From an uncultured Elstera sp. (GTDB lineage Bacteria; Pseudomonadota; Alphaproteobacteria; Elsterales; Elsteraceae): a stretch of DNA of 52,845 bases. Where the stretch lies: NCBI GenBank assembly GCA_903931835.1, contig CAIZEE010000120.1, positions 1 through 52,845 on the forward strand. The letters are read 5' to 3'. Shown here in pieces: positions 26,990-36,025 of this stretch. The position numbers and the translations under genes are program-made. Under the pieces are notes generated by a model. The model saw nothing but the letters and a program-made list of their open reading frames with translations, did not search any database and was not told the DNA's origin. The stretch's first letter is position 1. Each line of letters begins with the position of its first letter.

Positions 26990-27280
26990 CGGTCCGCTAG
27001 GGACGACCGCGAAATGGCCGTGAATAAATAGAGAACTGGCAAAACTTTACATTCAAGTAAATTCTATGGTTAAAAACTCCTTTATGAAGATCATACATCC
27101 GTATGCATATGTCATTAAGTGATTTGTTGAAGTATATTCCGCATCGAACCTTACTCACAAATATATCAAAATCGGCATTACGCTTACGTCACTCTTCAAA
27201 AAAATGATTATAACAATTATTTTTACATAATTATTGTACGATATTAATGCAGAATTTATTCGCTGAAGGGGAGGCTTTTG
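26990..27280. other. AT-rich island upstream of the main che operon
   Basis: Hand count of 27041-27100 gives about 27% G+C. The long A/T runs contrast with the flanking >60% G+C coding DNA. Confidence 0.9.
27148..27171 (+). promoter_or_regulatory. Shared AT-rich box ACCTTACTCACAAATATATCAAAA
   Basis: Counterpart of 7266..7291, about 190 nt upstream of the STAS/che operon start. Confidence 0.4.
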
Positions 27281-27458
27281 CCCAAAATAACGCCGTGTTC
27301 CGCCTGTTTCTGTGGCTTTAATAGAAATGATACGGCGGCAGCCTATTCGGACGCCGGCCGATCACTCCAAGCCAAAATAGGCGCGACACCATGCACCCCT
27401 ATAAACCGGGAGATGCAGTGGAAGAGACCTGCGGTTTTAATCGGCCGACAATGCGAGC

Positions 27459-28094
27459 CTAAATATCCACGCCACTTTCCAGCGTGAGCTTGACCGCTTG
27501 AACGCGGCTTTGAACTCCCAGTTTGCGATAAATCGTTCTGAGATAAAGCCCGACGGTGACGGGTTCTAGCGATAGATTCCGACCAATTTCGATGTTGCTG
27601 GCACCAGTGCAAAGCTCGCGGAGAACTTGAAATTCGCGCTTGGTGAGCGCCGAGAACACGCCCCCACCATTTGGTGACGACCCGACGGCAGAATCGACGC
27701 TCCCTGACGCATCAGAGCCTGGAAAGAACCGGTCACCTGAAGCCATGGCGCGAATGGCATTCAGCATGTCCTTTAGCCGAATCGTCTTCGGGATGAAGCC
27801 GACAGCGCCAGCCGCCCTCGCCCCCTCGGCATTCGCTGCGGATACTTCGCCGGACATGACGGCTATCGGAACATTGGGGAGTTTGCGCCTTACCGCAGCC
27901 AATCCACTGAGCCCGTTCATTCCGGGCATGTGCAGGTCCAGCACGATAAGGGCGAGCTGATCGCTATCCGCATGGGCCAGAACAGAGGCCAGATCAGCGA
28001 CGGTTTCGACGGTCAAGTCGGGGGCCAGCCCGCTGGATTGAAGCTCCAGCGTATCGGTTAGCAGGGTATGATCATCCGCGACAAGAATCCGCAT
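27459..28094 (-). CDS. NarL/FixJ (LuxR-type HTH) response regulator
   Basis: 211 aa. REC (ILVADDH...IVLDLHMPGMNG) plus a GerE/LuxR HTH (LTKREFQVLRELCTGASNIEIGRNLSLEPVTVGLYLRTIYRKLGV). It is divergent from the hybrid kinase at 28323. Confidence 0.9.
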   Translation of the reverse strand: MRILVADDHTLLTDTLELQSSGLAPDLTVETVADLASVLAHADSDQLALIVLDLHMPGMNGLSGLAAVRRKLPNVPIAVMSGEVSAANAEGARAAGAVGFIPKTIRLKDMLNAIRAMASGDRFFPGSDASGSVDSAVGSSPNGGGVFSALTKREFQVLRELCTGASNIEIGRNLSLEPVTVGLYLRTIYRKLGVQSRVQAVKLTLESGVDI

Positions 28095-28322
28095 CTAACA
28101 GCCCTCCGGGCCAGAAGATGTAGTCTTTAAGTATAGGTCGCCCGATTGAAATTCGTCAACGGGCGGAGAAAAATTCCCTCACAAGGACAACTTTTAGTTG
28201 AAGCCTTGGCCCAACCATCTAGATAATGCTAAAATGCTATGCAACTGCATAAGCAAGTGGGATCGCGGATCGCCGGAACAACACCGCTTCGATGATTTCG
28301 TGACGAATGCTGGGAGGTAGCC

Positions 28323-31300
28323 TTGGTTGCTATACCGACACCCTTGCCAGAAACGGCGCGGCTTGCGGCGCTCAGCTATTACCAAATTCTCGATACGCCA
28401 CCCGAAGCCGAATTCGACGACATCACAAGCCTGGCGGCACAGATTTGTGATACTCCCATCGCGCTGATCGGCTTCATTGATCACAATCGCCAGTGGTTCA
28501 AGTCGAGGGTCGGGTTAGACTTTGCCGAAATACCACGCGATATCGCGATCTGCGACCACGCTATACGTCAAGGGGGACTCGTCGTGACCCCCGACGCAAC
28601 ACAGGACGCCAGGTTTCGCGATAATCCGCTGGTTACCGGCGAGCAGCATTTACGCTTCTATGCAGGAGCACCGCTCATCAGCCGCGAACGGATGCCGCTT
28701 GGCATGCTGTGCGTCATGGATCGTCACCCCAGGCAGATCGACGACGGGCAGAAACGCGCGCTGCAGCAATTGGCGCGTCAAACCATGTCGATGCTTGAGC
28801 TCAGGGCGCTACGCCAGATACATGTCGGCGCCAATGAGCCGAACGACGCGTTCTGTACCTTGGATCGCGGCTATCGGTTCAGCTATGTGAACGGCGTCGC
28901 CGAAGCGCTTCTTGGTGCCAGCTGGGGTGAGCTTGACGGGCAGCAATTGTGGTCGAGGATTGCCCGATCCGACCTTGCCAGGCCGGATAAGCGGCCGCAG
29001 CAGTACTTCACTGAGGATGAATTTGACGGGTTCGAAGGCTACTGCCGAGCCACCAATAAATGGATCCATCTTAGAATACAGCCATCGCCCTTCGGGTTTT
29101 GGATCTATTTGAGCGATACCACGACCGCACATCGCGAAAAAGACCAGCTGGCGCTGCTAAGGACCGCGATCTCCCGATTGAACGATGTGGTCATCATTAG
29201 CGAAGCCGAACCAATTGATCCAGCTGGGCCAAAGGTGGTTTTCGCCAACGATGCTTTCACGCGTGTTATCGGCTATGCCAAAGACGAGATCATTGGCAAG
29301 TCGCCACCGATGCTGCAGGGCCTGGACAACCAACCGGCAGCTCGCCAGCAAATACGCGAGGCACTCGATCGTCGACAATCAGTCCGCACCGAAGTGACCA
29401 CTCACACGAAGGACGGCAAGGAACTTTGGCTCGAACTCGACATAACGCCAATCGCCGACGAAACTGGCTGGTTCACGCATTGGGTGTCCGTCGAACGCAA
29501 CATAACCGACCGCAAGCGCGACGAGTTGTTGCGTGAAGGAGAATCGCGGATTTTTAAGGAGATGTCGTTCGGCACCAGGCTCAGAGACATATTTGGGCAG
29601 ATATCGGCAGTCGCGGATCGAGTCTTCTCTGGCGGCATGACCTCCATCACCTTGCTGGAGATTGACGGCGTTCATATGCGCCATGGCGCCTCGTTGCGGT
29701 TGCCCAAGCAATTCAGCGATTTGATCGACGGACAACCGATTGGCCCCACTGTCGGATCGTGCGGCACGGCGATGTATCGCCGGGAGACGATCGTCGTCAC
29801 CGACGTCGCATCCGATCCGTTATGGACCGATTATCGAATTCTGGCGCTCGCCAATTCCATCCGAGCCTGCTGGTCGGTGCCGGTGATCGCAGCGAACGGG
29901 ACCGTGTTGGCCAGTTTCGCGATCTATTGGCCCACGCCGAGGGCGCCGAGCGGGGCCGACATCATGCTGGCGGAACGCTTTTCGCACCTCATTGGGCTGG
30001 CCATCGAGCATGCGCGAAAAGAAGAAGAACTTCTCGATAGCGAGCTGCGATTCCGGCAGGTGGTGGACACGATCGACGAATGGTTCTGGATGACCAGCAA
30101 TGACGGCTCAATCGTTTATTATGTAAGCCCGGCTTATGAGACGATTTGGGGCCGCCCGGCGCGCGAGCTCTATGAAAATTGCCGGGCTTGGTTCGATGCT
30201 GTCCATGAAGACGATAAGCCCTGGGTCGCCATCAAACGCCCCCCTGGCTGCGGCGACTGTCAACCAATCGAATACCGAATCAGGCGGGGCGACGGATCGA
30301 TCCGCTGGGTTCGTGACACAGTGTTCGCGCCCTCCGATAGGGAAGGCAAAGTCACCAGGCTGGTGGGCATCGTCAAGGACATAACCGAAGACAAGAACGC
30401 CCAGGCAAGGCTGCAGGAAAGCGAACAGCGCTCGCGTCTGATCGCAACCATCACAACCGACGTCATATGGGAATGGGATATCGCGTCCCGAAAATACTGG
30501 TGGGGCGATGGCATTCACTCAGTCTTCGGGCACAAGCTGGATGATGTCGATGATCAGCGGATTTTCCACGACTATATCGACATAAAGGATCGGCGACGGA
30601 TCTTCGACAGCATCAGGACAGCTTTGGAGGGCGACGCCCAGGACTGGTCTGCCGAATACGGCTTCACGCGATCCGATGGTTCGACAGCGCTTGTTATCAA
30701 CAAGGCGCTTATCATCCGCGATGACACCGGGGCCGCGATCCGCATGGTTGGCGGCATTACCGACATCACGACCCAGCGAGAGTCCCAGGAACGCCGCGGA
30801 CAAGCGCAACGCCTTGAGGCACTTGGCCAATTGACCGGAGGCATCGCTCATGATTTTAACAATCTGCTGCAGGTTATCGTCGCAAACTCGGAATATCTGC
30901 GCGATATGCTGACCGATGGAGAACTCGCCAGCGTCGCCGAACTGATCACCGCCGCAGCAGATCAAGGGGCGCTGCTGATCGAGCGGCTGCTGACATTCTC
31001 TCGGCGCCAAACGCTTCAAGCCAAGCCCGCCGATGTTAAAAAACTCATCATCCGGCTGGAAAGCCTGCTGCGCCGTACACTTGGCGAAAACATACAGATC
31101 AGCTTGTCGTATCCGGCGGCCATCTGGTCAGCCTTGGTCGACGCCTCACAGTTCGAAACGGCATTGCTCAATCTCGCAATCAACTCTCGCGATGCGATGC
31201 CACAAGGCGGGCGCCTGTCGATCGAGATCGACAACGTGCATCTCAATGAACGCCGGGGCGCGCGATTCGAGGATTTTGTGCCAGGCGACTATGTGGCGAT

Positions 31301-31940
31301 CGTGGTAACCGACAGTGGCACGGGCATGGATGAGGCAACCTTGTCTCACGCCTTTGAACCATTTTTTACGACCAAGGATGTTGGAGCCGGAACCGGGCTC
31401 GGCCTCAGCATGGTGTATGGCTTCGTCAAGCAATCAAACGGCTATCTGTCGATAAACAGCTTCGTTGGCATTGGCACGATGATAACGATGTATCTCCCTA
31501 GAGCGGTTGCCAAGGCTGAAGAATCCGCGCCGGCGACCCGCACGGCAAATGAGGTCCGCTGTAGCGGTCGCATTCTGGTCGTGGAGGACAACGACCTCGT
31601 CCGCAGCCAAGTGGCAGTACAGCTTCAAGCGCTCGGCTATGACGTGGTCCAGGCGGAAAACGCTTCCGATGCCCTGGTCCTACTGATGAGCGGCGACCCG
31701 TTCGACGTGATCTTCACCGATATCGTTATGCCAGGCGGTATGAACGGCTATCAATTGGCGGCCGAGGCCCGAAAGCTGTTGCCCGGCATCCATATTCTCC
31801 TGACCACCGGGTATAGCGACCAGATGGTGAAGAACCTTTCCGGCCTCGATCCCGATGTGAGTCTGATTTCGAAGCCGTACCATCGGCGCGAATTGAGCCT
31901 GAAACTTCAAGAGCTCATCGGCGACCAACCGGTCGCTTGA
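28323..31940 (+). CDS. GAF-PAS-GAF-PAS hybrid sensor histidine kinase with C-terminal receiver
   Basis: 1205 aa. It has an N-terminal GAF (RQWFKSRVG...FYAGAPL...LGMLCVMD), several PAS/PAC units, a second GAF and the H-box [13 protein letters not shown]. HATPase motifs (NSRDAM, DSGTGM, GTGLGLS) and a REC (ILVVEDND...VIFTDIVMPG...SKPY) follow. The start is TTG, preceded by GGGAGG. Confidence 0.9.
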   Translation: MVAIPTPLPETARLAALSYYQILDTPPEAEFDDITSLAAQICDTPIALIGFIDHNRQWFKSRVGLDFAEIPRDIAICDHAIRQGGLVVTPDATQDARFRDNPLVTGEQHLRFYAGAPLISRERMPLGMLCVMDRHPRQIDDGQKRALQQLARQTMSMLELRALRQIHVGANEPNDAFCTLDRGYRFSYVNGVAEALLGASWGELDGQQLWSRIARSDLARPDKRPQQYFTEDEFDGFEGYCRATNKWIHLRIQPSPFGFWIYLSDTTTAHREKDQLALLRTAISRLNDVVIISEAEPIDPAGPKVVFANDAFTRVIGYAKDEIIGKSPPMLQGLDNQPAARQQIREALDRRQSVRTEVTTHTKDGKELWLELDITPIADETGWFTHWVSVERNITDRKRDELLREGESRIFKEMSFGTRLRDIFGQISAVADRVFSGGMTSITLLEIDGVHMRHGASLRLPKQFSDLIDGQPIGPTVGSCGTAMYRRETIVVTDVASDPLWTDYRILALANSIRACWSVPVIAANGTVLASFAIYWPTPRAPSGADIMLAERFSHLIGLAIEHARKEEELLDSELRFRQVVDTIDEWFWMTSNDGSIVYYVSPAYETIWGRPARELYENCRAWFDAVHEDDKPWVAIKRPPGCGDCQPIEYRIRRGDGSIRWVRDTVFAPSDREGKVTRLVGIVKDITEDKNAQARLQESEQRSRLIATITTDVIWEWDIASRKYWWGDGIHSVFGHKLDDVDDQRIFHDYIDIKDRRRIFDSIRTALEGDAQDWSAEYGFTRSDGSTALVINKALIIRDDTGAAIRMVGGITDITTQRESQERRGQAQRLEALGQLTGGIAHDFNNLLQVIVANSEYLRDMLTDGELASVAELITAAADQGALLIERLLTFSRRQTLQAKPADVKKLIIRLESLLRRTLGENIQISLSYPAAIWSALVDASQFETALLNLAINSRDAMPQGGRLSIEIDNVHLNERRGARFEDFVPGDYVAIVVTDSGTGMDEATLSHAFEPFFTTKDVGAGTGLGLSMVYGFVKQSNGYLSINSFVGIGTMITMYLPRAVAKAEESAPATRTANEVRCSGRILVVEDNDLVRSQVAVQLQALGYDVVQAENASDALVLLMSGDPFDVIFTDIVMPGGMNGYQLAAEARKLLPGIHILLTTGYSDQMVKNLSGLDPDVSLISKPYHRRELSLKLQELIGDQPVA

Positions 31941-32080
31941 AGTCAGGTAGACATCGACGGTTTACGGGCGCGCACCGCGGCGTGGGGCATTACCAAGCTA
32001 AATCCACCACAGGCGGGAACCGATTGGCTTGCAAGCCGTTAGCCATGGATAAGTCCAAGACGCAATAATTGGAGTTCATC

Positions 32081-32233
32081 ATGGCGTTCGAAGAAATTAC
32101 CCCCGAACGGTCGATCGGATGGCTGGCTAAGGGAGCCGTCGCCCTTTTGATCGCGTTCGTCGTCGCTGGTTGTGTGGTCGAAGAGCGGCCCTATTACCAC
32201 GACCATTATCATGGGTGGCACGAATGGCGTTAA
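32081..32233 (+). CDS. Candidate 50-aa His/Tyr/Trp-rich lipoprotein (not in ORF track)
   Basis: Hand translation: MAFEEITPERSIGWLAKGAVALLIAFVVAGCVVEERPYYHDHYHGWHEWR*. RBS GGAG is 6 nt upstream and the lipobox is VAGC. The stop is 14 nt before the next ATG. Confidence 0.35.
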   Translation: MAFEEITPERSIGWLAKGAVALLIAFVVAGCVVEERPYYHDHYHGWHEWR

Positions 32234-32247
32234 CCAGGGAGAAAAAA

Positions 32248-32730
32248 ATGATTGATTGGCGCATTGCGGCGGCACTGACGTTGGCAGGTTTCTGCGCGAC
32301 GGCGAGTGGGGTGTGGGCCGATGACGGAAGCTTTGTCGGTCGTTGGACGCTGAACGCCGCCCAGTCGAAGTTGTCGCCAGACGAGCCGGTGCCAAAGGCG
32401 GTTATGGCCGAGGTAACGGCGGCGGACAGCCATCATCTGACGTGGACGTCGCGGGTTACCGACGCCAAGGGTCAAACCCATACGGAGACATTCGATGGCG
32501 CTCCCGATGGAAAGTTCTATCCGATCACCGGCGATAGCAAGGGCGTGACCGCGTCCTACACTCTCAAGGGAACGACGATTGTCTCCGTCTTCAAAGGCGG
32601 TGCTGCAGAGGACACGGACACGCAGACCTGCGTGCTCTCGACTACCGGCAAGCAGTTGCTGTGCGACGGCACAATTAGCTTCGGCAAAGGGCATCTCGAC
32701 ACTTACAAAGACGTCTACGACCGGATGTAA
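32248..32730 (+). CDS. Secreted protein of unknown function
   Basis: The internal ATG at 32248 gives 160 aa with a signal peptide (MIDWRIAAALTLAGFCATASGVWA) and a beta-rich Thr/Gly/Lys body. RBS AGGGAG lies upstream. Confidence 0.6.
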   Translation: MIDWRIAAALTLAGFCATASGVWADDGSFVGRWTLNAAQSKLSPDEPVPKAVMAEVTAADSHHLTWTSRVTDAKGQTHTETFDGAPDGKFYPITGDSKGVTASYTLKGTTIVSVFKGGAAEDTDTQTCVLSTTGKQLLCDGTISFGKGHLDTYKDVYDRM

Positions 32731-32760
32731 TGAGCTCACCCGCCTGAAACGCTGCGGACT

Positions 32761-33603
32761 CTAAGCCTTAGTCCGTGCCTTCAGGCGGGCGATTTCAGCC
32801 TCGCGTTCGGCGCATAGCGCGTTAAGCCTGGCCAATTCCATCTGGTCGGATTTATGAGCCGCCTCCAGCTCGTAAATCCGCACCTGATGATCCTGGGCAT
32901 AGGAGGGAATGAACCGATCGAATAAATTGGGCGGGAGCCTGAAATGTTCGCTGAGGTGCAGATCTTCGGCTCTAAGATAGAAATTGTTCAGCGCGTCGAA
33001 CCACACCTTATGGTAATCGGCGGCGGTTAGAATGTGTTCCCATTCCTGCCAATTCTCCGCCTCGTCATTCACCTTGGTCGCTTCCACAATCAGGACGCGG
33101 GGCCGGTATTTCCGCCAGTCGCCGCCTTGGAGGACGGCCAACTCGCCGCCTTCGACATCAATCTTCATGAAGTCGATGACGCGGTCTTTAACAAAGCGCT
33201 CGCAGAGATCGGCGAGAGTGATCACGTCCACCTCATACGCGACCGCTCGCTCATCCTCCTGTATCAGCCGCTCAGCGACGGCTGGATCGAGTGTCGAATT
33301 CTCAGCGCGCGAGAATTGATGGAATGTCGCGCGACCGGGCGCATTGCCGATGCCGCAAAATAGATTGAGATCGTCGGGGCGACGCTCCTGCAGGCGGGGG
33401 TAAAACAGCCGAGACGGCTCGACATTGATACCGCGCCACCCGCGATCATAGAAATACCGGGTTACCGACAGATAATCGGGATCGGCGGCGCCAACATCGA
33501 TATAGAAGCCCTTGTGATCGGAGCTGAACAGTCGAGCCAGCATGACATCCTCAAAATTCTGGGCATAGGAAATCATGTATTCCTTTGATCGACCCTGACT
33601 CAT
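32761..33603 (-). CDS. FkbM-family methyltransferase with C-terminal coiled-coil tail
   Basis: Motifs FYIDVGAADPDYLSVT, GINVEP and MKIDVEGGELAVLQG. I chose ATG 33603 (RBS GGAG) because the longer ORF overlaps the divergent pirin gene. The tail ELEAAHKSDQMELARLNALCAEREAEIARLKA is helical. Confidence 0.8.
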   Translation of the reverse strand: MSQGRSKEYMISYAQNFEDVMLARLFSSDHKGFYIDVGAADPDYLSVTRYFYDRGWRGINVEPSRLFYPRLQERRPDDLNLFCGIGNAPGRATFHQFSRAENSTLDPAVAERLIQEDERAVAYEVDVITLADLCERFVKDRVIDFMKIDVEGGELAVLQGGDWRKYRPRVLIVEATKVNDEAENWQEWEHILTAADYHKVWFDALNNFYLRAEDLHLSEHFRLPPNLFDRFIPSYAQDHQVRIYELEAAHKSDQMELARLNALCAEREAEIARLKARTKA

Positions 33604-33709
33604 TCCCGCTCCACCATGCGATTTATGCAAGGGTGCCGCAAATTTCGCAGCAATTGATGCGGACATACAGGATTGCCACATCTCGGGAAATCGAAATTGG
33701 AGACCGTCG

Positions 33710-34408
33710 ATGATCGATATAAGGCGCTTCGACACCTTGGGTGGCGCCAATCATGGCTGGCTGGACGCAAAGCACCATTTCTCCTTCGCCCAATATTATG
33801 ATCCAGAGCGTATGGGTTGGGGTGCGTTGCGCGTTTGGAACGACGATGCGATCGCGCCTGATACCGGCTTTCCGCCCCATCCCCATCGGGACATGGAAAT
33901 CATCACCTATGTCCGCGAGGGCGCCATTACCCATGAAGACAGTATGGGCAATCGCGGGCGCACGGTGGCCGGCGACGTGCAGGTGATGAGTGCCGGTTCG
34001 GGCATCCGGCACAGCGAGTATAATTGGGAGACAGCGACGACGCGGCTGTTCCAGATCTGGATTGAGCCGAGCGCGCCTGGCGGCAGCCCGTCCTGGGGTG
34101 CCAAGCCGTTTCCCAGAGACACGCGGTTGGGGCGCTTGGTTGCGCTGGCGAGCGGTTTGCCGGGCGACGAGGAAGCCCTGCGTATCCGGGCATCCGCCCG
34201 CGTGCTTGGCGTAACACTCGCTGCCGGGGCCACTGTGGACTATGAGCTTCGCCCGGGTCGCCATGCCTATCTGGTGCCCGCCACAGGAGCCGTCGAGATC
34301 AATGGCATCCGCGTCGGAACGCGCGATGGTGCTGCGATCAAAGATGAGACACGGCTTCGCATCACCGCGCTCGAAACGGCAGAAATTGTCCTGGTTGACG
34401 CCGCCTAG
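33710..34408 (+). CDS. Pirin-family (cupin) protein
   Basis: 232 aa with the pirin N-terminal cupin motif GFPPHPHRDMEIITYV..G...H.DSMGN and QVMSAGSGIRHSE. Confidence 0.9.
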   Translation: MIDIRRFDTLGGANHGWLDAKHHFSFAQYYDPERMGWGALRVWNDDAIAPDTGFPPHPHRDMEIITYVREGAITHEDSMGNRGRTVAGDVQVMSAGSGIRHSEYNWETATTRLFQIWIEPSAPGGSPSWGAKPFPRDTRLGRLVALASGLPGDEEALRIRASARVLGVTLAAGATVDYELRPGRHAYLVPATGAVEINGIRVGTRDGAAIKDETRLRITALETAEIVLVDAA

Positions 34409-35832
34409 GCCTTAAGACGCGACTTGGCCAGCCCGTAATAGATGATAGCCGAGCTCAGCAACCCAACCTCAAAGCTGAGATCGGTACCGCCGAAATAGCG
34501 GACCATCAGGGGGCTGGCATAAACCTCCGAATTGGCGAAGGCGAACGAGAGAAGGAGGCCGACGAAAAAGGCGATCAGGCCCGGCCAGAATACCCCGCCC
34601 TGATACCAATACTTGCCCCCGCCCCAGCGCATCAGGTCAGTACCGCTGTAGCTGCCCTTGCGCAGGAAGTAATCGACCACGACCACCGCCACCCACGGGC
34701 ATGTCCAGAAATTGATGTAATCCAGCCATTGCTGGTACAGGCCGAGAAACTCGCCGTAGAGCAGCGTGACAACACGAAACACCAGCGTTGCTGCCGCAAT
34801 GACCAGTAGCGAGTTCACCCGGCCGAGCGGCAATCGCAGGCCGAGCAAGCCTAGTCCGGCCGTGTAGCCATTGGGCACGTTGGCCGCGATCGAGCCGATG
34901 ATGATGGCGATCAGGAACGGCGTCAGATACCAGAAGGGCAGGATCTTCGGCAGATCGGCCACCGGATTTTCGCTCAACACCGTGCCGATGGCGATCGCGA
35001 AGAAGACACCGACCAACTCACAAAACACCAATGAGACGAATTGCCCGCCTCCTGCGGCCTTGGTGATCGACCACCAACTGGTACCTGGATGGAGATAGCG
35101 GCTGTAATCGGACGCGAAATTGGTCCAGGAGATCGGGTAGGAAAAGATCAGCCCCATGACGACCAACCACGTGCCGAAGCCTGCGGTCTCGGGATTACGG
35201 CCGGTCATCGCGGCCGCCCAGTCGACTTGGGGAATGACGATTGCGAGGACGCCGGCAAACATCACGACAAGGATCACAGCGAGGTATTTCTCCACCGCGA
35301 TGATCGTTGCGTGACCATAGATCGCCAGCAGAATTTCGGCACAGAGCACGATCAGGAGCGATATCCAAGGCAGAGCAGGACTATCGGGCAAGCCGGCACC
35401 GACGAAAAGCTGCGCCAGACTATCCGTCGCGATGACTGAGTTGATCGAGAACCAACCGAGCGCTGATATCGTGCTGACGAGGATCGGCAATATGGCGCCC
35501 ATCTGCCCAAAACTGGTGCGCGAGGTGACAACGCCCGACGAGCCGGTCTTGGAGCCCATGATGCTGGACAGACCGAGCACGAGGCAGCCCAGAACATTGC
35601 CGACCAGAATTGCCGACAGGCTGCCCCAAAGCCCCAACCCCTTATTGACGGCGATGGCGCCGGTCAATAGCACCACATAGTTCACATTGGCGCCGATCCA
35701 CATGCGGAACAATTCCATCGGCGACCCGTGGCGATCGCCAAGCGGAATGGGTTCGAGCGCATGACGTTCAATGCTCCATGCCTTATCGGCTTCAACCACC
35801 GTGGCATGATCCTGCTGTCCCGCTACGCTCAT
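34405..35832 (-). CDS. NCS1-family (purine-cytosine/allantoin-type) permease
   Basis: About 12 predicted TM helices. The N-terminal signature IERHALEPIPLGDRHGSPMELFRMWIGANVN is typical of cytosine/purine permease-like transporters. The preferred start is ATG 35832. Confidence 0.78.
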   Translation of the reverse strand: MSVAGQQDHATVVEADKAWSIERHALEPIPLGDRHGSPMELFRMWIGANVNYVVLLTGAIAVNKGLGLWGSLSAILVGNVLGCLVLGLSSIMGSKTGSSGVVTSRTSFGQMGAILPILVSTISALGWFSINSVIATDSLAQLFVGAGLPDSPALPWISLLIVLCAEILLAIYGHATIIAVEKYLAVILVVMFAGVLAIVIPQVDWAAAMTGRNPETAGFGTWLVVMGLIFSYPISWTNFASDYSRYLHPGTSWWSITKAAGGGQFVSLVFCELVGVFFAIAIGTVLSENPVADLPKILPFWYLTPFLIAIIIGSIAANVPNGYTAGLGLLGLRLPLGRVNSLLVIAAATLVFRVVTLLYGEFLGLYQQWLDYINFWTCPWVAVVVVDYFLRKGSYSGTDLMRWGGGKYWYQGGVFWPGLIAFFVGLLLSFAFANSEVYASPLMVRYFGGTDLSFEVGLLSSAIIYYGLAKSRLKA

Positions 35833-36025
35833 CTTCGCCCCCGCGATACCGCTTGCCGATGCTGAAAGTCGCCTCGGCCGAGTGAACGAGAATGCAAGAA
35901 AAATGCCGCAGGAAGAGCGGCTGAGCGCCTGGACAAGCCTGTTTCTCGACACGCGGCAAGCCGATCACTAACAGAGCATTTGCATCGATCCCGGCTATTC
36001 GCTAACGCTCACTCACAGGCGGGAC

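Noticed and set aside
27042-27049. Perfect sigma28 -35-like TAAAGTTT on the minus strand upstream of the che operon
   Set aside because: The position 11 nt downstream reads TATTTATT, with no resemblance to the GCCGATAA -10 element, so this is not a credible FliA promoter on the enterobacterial model. The GCCGAT present at 27172..27177 (minus strand) has no matching -35.
27213-27237. Apparent inverted repeat ACAATTAT...ATAATTATTGT in the second AT-rich island
   Set aside because: On base-by-base checking the arms are out of register and not a true palindrome. This is expected by chance in nearly pure A/T sequence.
27278-27487. 69-aa Cys-rich ORF (TTG start after GGGGAGG) in the AT-rich island
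   Set aside because: It has an alternative start codon, it overlaps the 3' end of the NarL-type regulator gene, and its composition is not clearly coding. It is kept only as a possibility to test with ribosome profiling.
5221-32000. Possibility that the signalling block is a genomic island integrated at tRNA-Gln
   Set aside because: There is no integrase, no transposase and no visible direct repeat of the tRNA 3' end; I found only an 8-9-nt chance match near 28731. Coding GC content looks like that of the flanks. I cannot exclude it without a computed repeat search and comparative genomics.
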